A stretch of DNA of 64,000 bases, from NCBI GenBank assembly GCA_963666365.2, contig CAXXNF010000002.1, positions 2,080,001 through 2,144,000 of the forward strand. The letters are read 5' to 3'. Of this stretch, positions 58,612 to 64,000 are shown piece by piece. This DNA is from Syntrophales bacterium. Lineage in GTDB: Bacteria; Desulfobacterota; Syntrophia; Syntrophales; UBA2210. The notes beneath the pieces were generated by a model that was not told the origin of the DNA, did no database searches, and was given only the letters and a program-made list of their open reading frames with translations. Position 1 is the stretch's first letter, and the number at the start of each line of letters is the position of its first letter. The position numbers were made by a program, and so were the translations under genes.

Positions 58612-59370
58612 ATGTTCGATTTAAAGGGAAAAGTGGCAATTATTACGGGAGGAAACGGGGGAATCGGCCTTGGGATGGCCCGCGGGCTTGCCCGGGCCGG
58701 CGCCTGTGTCGTCATCGCTGCGCGAAACGAGGCAAAATCGGCTGCGGCGTTGAAAGAGTTGCAGCTTCTCGGTTCAGATGCGCGTGCGCTGCCCGTCGAT
58801 GTGAGCGATGAGGAGTCCGTCGGCGCCCTGATGGTGGAAACGGAGCAACAGTGCGGCCGAATCGACATCTTGGTGAATAATGCCGGCATGAGCATCCGGA
58901 ATCCCGTTCAGGACCTCCGCCTGGAGGACTGGCAAAAAGTTCTCGATACGAATCTGACAGGCGCCTTCCTCTGTTCCCGCGCCGTATATCCCTACATGAA
59001 GAAGACGGGGCGAGGCAAGGTCATCAATATCGGCTCGATGCTTTCAATTTTCGGCGCCTCTTTTTCACCGGCATATTCGGTCAGCAAAGGCGGCATTGTT
59101 CAGCTTACGAAATCGGCGGCCATAGCCTGGGCGCCCGACAATATTCAGGTCAACGTGGTCCTTCCCGGTTGGATAGATACGGAACTGACCCGTCAGGCCC
59201 GCACGCACGTGCCCACGCTTCATGATGCGGTCGTGACGCGCACACCCGCCGCACGATGGGGAACCATCGATGATCTTGCGGGCGTCGCGGTTTTCCTTTC
59301 AAGTCCGGCATCAGACTTCATCACCGGCGCGGCGATTCCCGTCGATGGCGGCTATTCAGCCTTCGGTTAG
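58612..59370 (+). CDS. Short-chain dehydrogenase/reductase (KduD/gluconate 5-dehydrogenase-like)
   Basis: TGGNGGIG, NNAG, YSVSKGG, PGWIDT; start ATG 58612. Confidence 0.92.
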   Translation: MFDLKGKVAIITGGNGGIGLGMARGLARAGACVVIAARNEAKSAAALKELQLLGSDARALPVDVSDEESVGALMVETEQQCGRIDILVNNAGMSIRNPVQDLRLEDWQKVLDTNLTGAFLCSRAVYPYMKKTGRGKVINIGSMLSIFGASFSPAYSVSKGGIVQLTKSAAIAWAPDNIQVNVVLPGWIDTELTRQARTHVPTLHDAVVTRTPAARWGTIDDLAGVAVFLSSPASDFITGAAIPVDGGYSAFG

Positions 59371-59404
59371 CAGCCCCTGCGATGTGTGGTGGACAGGCTG
59401 CTGC

Positions 59405-60370
59405 TCACTTCCACTGAAACGGACAATCCCTCTCAAAATCGGGAAGCAGCTGTTCTTCGTCGACATTCTGCACAAAGAGGTATTCGAAGCCCAGATTCAT
59501 GGCCTCGTTTACTACCTGTTCATATTCTTCCTTCGTAATTCTTCGCCCCAGGAGGGCATGGTCCATCATCGGCGTCGCCGGCGTGTACTGCGACATGATG
59601 CTGAGGGGGATCGATGTGGAAAGATTTTCCCCTATTGTCCTTAACACCTGAAGGCTGTTCTCAACCATTCCCGGAAGAACAAGATGGCGGATTAACATTC
59701 CCGCCTGAGCAATCCCTGCTTCCACCTCAAGTGTGGCGCCCACCTGCGAAGCCATCTCTCCTATTGCATCGAGCGCACGGGCGCCGTAATCCCGCACCCC
59801 GGACAGAGGATAGGAGTACTCTTCCCTGGCATATTTGAAATCGGGAAGATAGACATCGACAATTCCTTCAAGATGCCTTACGGCTTTAACGCTTTCGTAT
59901 CCGCCGCAATTGTATACGAGAGGAATCGCAAGCCCTTTATCGACGGCATCGATTATTGCACCGATCAGACCGGCAAGATGAGGCGTTCCCGATACAACCT
60001 CAATATTATGGCAGCCCTGTTCCTGCAGATTGAGCATCATTCGGGCACAGTCGCTCTCGCGCGCCGGCCTGCCGAGCCGAGAGTGACTGATCTGATAATT
60101 CTGACAGTAGATGCATTTGAGATTGCAGGAAGAAAAAAAAATGGCCCCGGCTCCTCGGACCCCCGAAAGAGGCGGTTCCTCTCCAAAATGGGGTAGAGCC
60201 TGTTGAATGACCATTACATCGTTGAGATTACAGAACCCCTTTTCGCCGTTTAATCGGTTGACGCCACACTCCCTCGGGCAGAGAGAACAGGCCGTCATCA
60301 TTTCCAGAAGGTTTTTTTGTCGTTCTTGCAGAAGACCTTTTTCGTGAAGTGTGCGATACCCGGGTTTCAT
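59405..60370 (-). CDS. pflX: Radical SAM protein, PflX family
   Basis: CSLCPRECGVNR, HFGEEPP, CNLKCIYCQN, YLPDFKY, RHLVLP, MSQYTP. Confidence 0.88.
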   Translation of the reverse strand: MKPGYRTLHEKGLLQERQKNLLEMMTACSLCPRECGVNRLNGEKGFCNLNDVMVIQQALPHFGEEPPLSGVRGAGAIFFSSCNLKCIYCQNYQISHSRLGRPARESDCARMMLNLQEQGCHNIEVVSGTPHLAGLIGAIIDAVDKGLAIPLVYNCGGYESVKAVRHLEGIVDVYLPDFKYAREEYSYPLSGVRDYGARALDAIGEMASQVGATLEVEAGIAQAGMLIRHLVLPGMVENSLQVLRTIGENLSTSIPLSIMSQYTPATPMMDHALLGRRITKEEYEQVVNEAMNLGFEYLFVQNVDEEQLLPDFERDCPFQWK

Positions 60371-60371
60371 T

Positions 60372-61442
60372 TTACAGCTTGATCACTGCATCCCTCAGCT
60401 TGTCCCCCTGAAGAAGCTCCAGGAATTCCTCGCCCAGATGTTCTGATGCGCGCACGACCTCCCACCACCGCTTCATCCGCTCGGGTGGGTGAGCGGCATA
60501 TTCATAAAAATCTTCACGGGTGGGAATTCTCCCCCCGGGCAGTCGTTTCACAAATTCTTCCGTGGGATGTATCATGAGGAGATTCTTTGTCATCACCGGT
60601 GAAGGCCCCCGATAGCCGAGTCGGCGATCGAGCCAGCTCGGGATAAGACGCGCCTCGTGGTGAAACATCAGCGCGATTTCGCCTTTTCCCGCGCCCCCGT
60701 AGTGCTGATTGAGGTGATAATCTACAAGTCCGCCGTCACGATACACTCCCCTGGGGGCGCCGAAAATGTTCTTTACTCCGGCCACGGCCAGAGGCACTGC
60801 CGACGATGCCAGAAGGGCCGACTTAAAATTGGCCTCGTTCAGCGGCAGTGCAATGCCGACAAAATCACCATTGAGACACATCGGCGGCGGCATGATTCCG
60901 CTGTGAAAGACGACCCGCTGAAACATGGCAGAAAGCCACGAAGGTTTGCAGGCGTTCAGAGCGAAAGCCGTCGCCAATCCGGATGCCTGAATCAGCTTCA
61001 TCTCCGATGCGGCAAGGTATTTTGCCCGGGCCGCAATAATAGAAAGGCGATATTTTTTATTCGCCAGGGCAAAGGGAACCGCGCTGTCTTCCACATAACT
61101 GTCAATGACCCACTGAAGGGTGCCGAGGATATTTTGAGGAGTATCCTTCTGCGTCAGCACCATAGAAATATAGGAATCGAGGAGCTGATAATACCTCTTC
61201 TCCGGTTCCGGCTGAATCCATGCGGCAAACCGGAGGGCGCCCGCCGACGAGCCGATAAGCTGAACCGGCCGGCGATTGCCCAGAACTCCCGAAGAGAGAA
61301 GCGTAAGATCAAAACCGCTTGCCACCAGCCAGCGCGGCCCTACCGCCGGCCCCACATAGGTGGTAATTCGATCGGGATGCAGCGTTCCGTTCATGATCAG
61401 TTCATAGGCATTTTCGCCCGCACGAACGGCTATATCAGACAT
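60372..61442 (-). CDS. Patatin-like phospholipase domain protein
   Basis: GSSAG nucleophile elbow, ASSAVP, YRDGG. Confidence 0.75.
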   Translation of the reverse strand: MSDIAVRAGENAYELIMNGTLHPDRITTYVGPAVGPRWLVASGFDLTLLSSGVLGNRRPVQLIGSSAGALRFAAWIQPEPEKRYYQLLDSYISMVLTQKDTPQNILGTLQWVIDSYVEDSAVPFALANKKYRLSIIAARAKYLAASEMKLIQASGLATAFALNACKPSWLSAMFQRVVFHSGIMPPPMCLNGDFVGIALPLNEANFKSALLASSAVPLAVAGVKNIFGAPRGVYRDGGLVDYHLNQHYGGAGKGEIALMFHHEARLIPSWLDRRLGYRGPSPVMTKNLLMIHPTEEFVKRLPGGRIPTREDFYEYAAHPPERMKRWWEVVRASEHLGEEFLELLQGDKLRDAVIKL

Positions 61443-61649
61443 TGTTGTCGTACCAGAGTACTTTCTTCAGATTTATGCTATTGATGTGCCGAAAAAACCC
61501 CTTGTTGGTTTTTTCCCTTCTTGCCGCCCCATCAACCTTGACAGACAATTTCATATACTATAAATTACTTTCCTTCAATGGAAAAGACCATTCTTTACCG
61601 GAAGACTTTTCGAGAGTTTTTTGACTTCACTATACGCTGAGGGGAAATC

Positions 61650-62909
61650 ATGTCAGAACTATCACAACAGGTTATCGCAATAGCAAAGGGCGCGAAGGAA
61701 GCGGCCTCGGTCCTCGCACACATTCCCACGTCAACGAAAAACCGGGCGCTTTCCGAAATGGCCGAACGGCTCATGGAACACAGCGGCGCACTCATCGCCG
61801 AAAATGCAAAAGACTTACAGGCAGCGAAGAAAAAGGGGATTTCGGGCGCTATGCTGGATCGTCTGACCCTCACCGAAAGGACGATCCAGGAAATTGCACA
61901 GGGATTGAACGAGGTAGCGGCCCTTCCCGATCCCGTGGGAAATGTGACCTCCATGTGGAAACGGCCGAACGGCCTTATGGTAGGACGCATGCGCATTCCC
62001 CTGGGCGTGATCGGCATTATTTATGAATCACGGCCCAACGTGACGGCCGATGCGGCAGCGCTGTGCCTCAAATCCGGAAACAGCGTCATATTGCGGGGGG
62101 GCTCGGAGGCAATCAATTCGAACCTTGCCATTACCCGCATTCTGCAGGACGCACTGCGTGCGACGGGCATCCCCGACACCGCCATTCAGGCGGTTCCCAT
62201 CACGGACCGTGCCGCAATCAACGAGCTTCTCTCCCTTGAGGAATATATAGATCTCATCATTCCCCGGGGCGGCGAAGACCTCATCAGGACGGTGGTAAGC
62301 CTCTCCAAGATCCCCGTTATCAAACATTATAAGGGGGTATGCCACGTGTTCGTCGATGCCGACGCCGACATCGACATGGCACTCGACATCGCCCTGAACG
62401 CAAAGGCACAGCGTCCGGGCGTCTGCAACGCCATGGAAACGCTTCTTGTTCACAAGGATATTGCCGCATCGTTCCTCCCTGTGCTGGCGGCAAAGTTCGA
62501 AGAGATCAACGTTACCCTCAAAGGCTGCGAAAAAACCCGGGCAATCCTGGGTAATATTGAGGCGGCGTCGGAAGACGACTGGTATGAGGAGTATCTTGAT
62601 CTGATCCTTGCCGTACGGGTGGTCGACGACATGGATCAGGCCATGGCCCATATCGAAAAATACGGCTCTCTCCATACGGAATCCATTGTAACCCGCGACT
62701 ATAAAAACGCACACCGATTCATCAACGAGGTGAATTCCTCAACCGTAATCGCCAATGCCTCCACACGATTCAGCGACGGCTTCCAGCTCGGTCTGGGGGC
62801 GGAGATAGGCATCAGTACGACGAAACTTCACGCCTTCGGACCGATGGGGCTGGAGGAACTGACCACGACAAAGTTCATCATTTACGGTGACGGACAGTTG
62901 CGGACATGA
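61650..62909 (+). CDS. proA: Gamma-glutamyl phosphate reductase
   Basis: [44 protein letters not shown]; upstream TTGACA-N17-TAAATT at 61538-61566. Confidence 0.97.
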   Translation: MSELSQQVIAIAKGAKEAASVLAHIPTSTKNRALSEMAERLMEHSGALIAENAKDLQAAKKKGISGAMLDRLTLTERTIQEIAQGLNEVAALPDPVGNVTSMWKRPNGLMVGRMRIPLGVIGIIYESRPNVTADAAALCLKSGNSVILRGGSEAINSNLAITRILQDALRATGIPDTAIQAVPITDRAAINELLSLEEYIDLIIPRGGEDLIRTVVSLSKIPVIKHYKGVCHVFVDADADIDMALDIALNAKAQRPGVCNAMETLLVHKDIAASFLPVLAAKFEEINVTLKGCEKTRAILGNIEAASEDDWYEEYLDLILAVRVVDDMDQAMAHIEKYGSLHTESIVTRDYKNAHRFINEVNSSTVIANASTRFSDGFQLGLGAEIGISTTKLHAFGPMGLEELTTTKFIIYGDGQLRT

Positions 62910-63550
62910 AGCTGGGACTCTTTGGAGGAACCTTCGACCCGATCCATTTCGGACACCTGAGATGCGCCGAAGAGATCCTCGAACTGTTTGATCTGACACA
63001 GGTCGTCTTTATACCGGCGGCACAACAGCCCCTCAAGGCGGGTCGGAAGATTGTTCCCTTTCACCACCGTGAGAGCATGATCAAACTCGCGATCGCCGAC
63101 CACCAGGGATTTTCATGTTCAAACCTCGAAAATCAGCGCAGCGGCTACTCCTATTCCGTGGACACGGTCGCCCACTTCCTTGACCATGATTGCGACAGTG
63201 GGAATCTTTATTTTATCGTGGGAGAAGACGCCTTTCAGGAAATTACCCTGTGGAAGGACTGGCACACCCTGCTTTCCATCTGCAACTTCGTCGTCATGAC
63301 CCGTCCCGGCTATACGATCACAGGCCTGGAAGAAATTCTGCCGCCTGATGTGGCGTTGCACTACCACTATGATCGGAAGCATGGGGGGTTCCATGGACCG
63401 GGAATGCCTTTTATTTATTTCAGACGCCTGACCCTTCTCGATATATCGTCGACGGACATCCGCACCCGCCTGAAAGAAGGACGCTCAGTTCGCTATCTCA
63501 TGCCCGACACCGTACACCGGTACATTGCCATGCACAGGCTCTATCGCTGA
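62906..63550 (+). CDS. nadD: Nicotinate-nucleotide adenylyltransferase
   Basis: [28 protein letters not shown]. Confidence 0.96.
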   Translation: MKLGLFGGTFDPIHFGHLRCAEEILELFDLTQVVFIPAAQQPLKAGRKIVPFHHRESMIKLAIADHQGFSCSNLENQRSGYSYSVDTVAHFLDHDCDSGNLYFIVGEDAFQEITLWKDWHTLLSICNFVVMTRPGYTITGLEEILPPDVALHYHYDRKHGGFHGPGMPFIYFRRLTLLDISSTDIRTRLKEGRSVRYLMPDTVHRYIAMHRLYR

Positions 63551-64000
63551 AGCCCTCTCCTTCAACACAGTGCGGAGGAACTGGCCCGTAATCGATTCGG
63601 CGCAATGCCGCACTTCTTCCGGCGTCCCGCAGGCGACAATCCTTCCTCCTCCTTCCCCTCCTTCGGGTCCCATATCGATGATATAGTCGGCGCATTTTAT
63701 CACATCGAGATTGTGCTCTATCACCACCACGGTATTCCCCATATCCACCAGCCGCATGAGGACGGAAAGCAGCTTCGCGATATCGGCGAAGTGCAGGCCG
63801 ATAGTGGGTTCGTCGAGCACGTAGAGGGTGTTGCTGGTCTGCCGCTTGCCCAGCTCGCGGGACAGTTTGATCCGCTGAGCCTCCCCCCCTGAAAGGGTCG
63901 TGGCCGACTGGCCGAGTCTGACATAACCGAGCCCCACATCCGCCAAAAGCTCCAGCTTGGTGTTGATGACCGGGATATGCGCAAAAAATGCCTGGGCCTG
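63485..64000 (-). CDS. uvrA: Excinuclease ABC subunit A, C-terminal part (5' end outside the window)
   Basis: [45 protein letters not shown]; frame open to base 64000. Confidence 0.95.
   Translation of the reverse strand, partial: QAQAFFAHIPVINTKLELLADVGLGYVRLGQSATTLSGGEAQRIKLSRELGKRQTSNTLYVLDEPTIGLHFADIAKLLSVLMRLVDMGNTVVVIEHNLDVIKCADYIIDMGPEGGEGGGRIVACGTPEEVRHCAESITGQFLRTVLKERASAIEPVHGNVPVYGVGHEIAN

Overview
Gene-dense bacterial chromosomal segment of moderate GC. Gene content suggests an anaerobic Desulfobacterota/Syntrophales-like organism (inference). Housekeeping blocks: thyX, pstSCAB-phoU-phoR-phoB with a triple Pho box, an osmoprotectant ABC transporter, rplU-rpmA-obgE-proB, hisC, uppP-ftsK-rimO, ssb, tatA, rodZ, suhB, moaC, murI, comM/yifB, ilvE, lolA, proA-nadD and the 3' end of uvrA. 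The most unusual part is a ~14 kb accessory metabolic cluster (30.1-44.3 kb). It centres on a 949-aa fusion of an aldehyde:ferredoxin oxidoreductase (W/Mo-pterin AOR) with an iron-containing alcohol dehydrogenase. Around it lie a secreted double beta-propeller (SMP-30/gluconolactonase-like), two USPs, SatP, two acyl-CoA ligases, a TRAP transporter and a tandem-TetR regulator. Other points of note: a lipoprotein-type acetolactate decarboxylase, a 5TM-LytS-sensor/PP2C phosphatase fusion, a dispersed GGGACACTTCCC inverted repeat, a small MITE/REP-like element and a hairpin of DnaA-box-like motifs. I recognised no rRNA, tRNA, CRISPR array, transposase or integrase. All calls come from reading motifs; no database searches were run.
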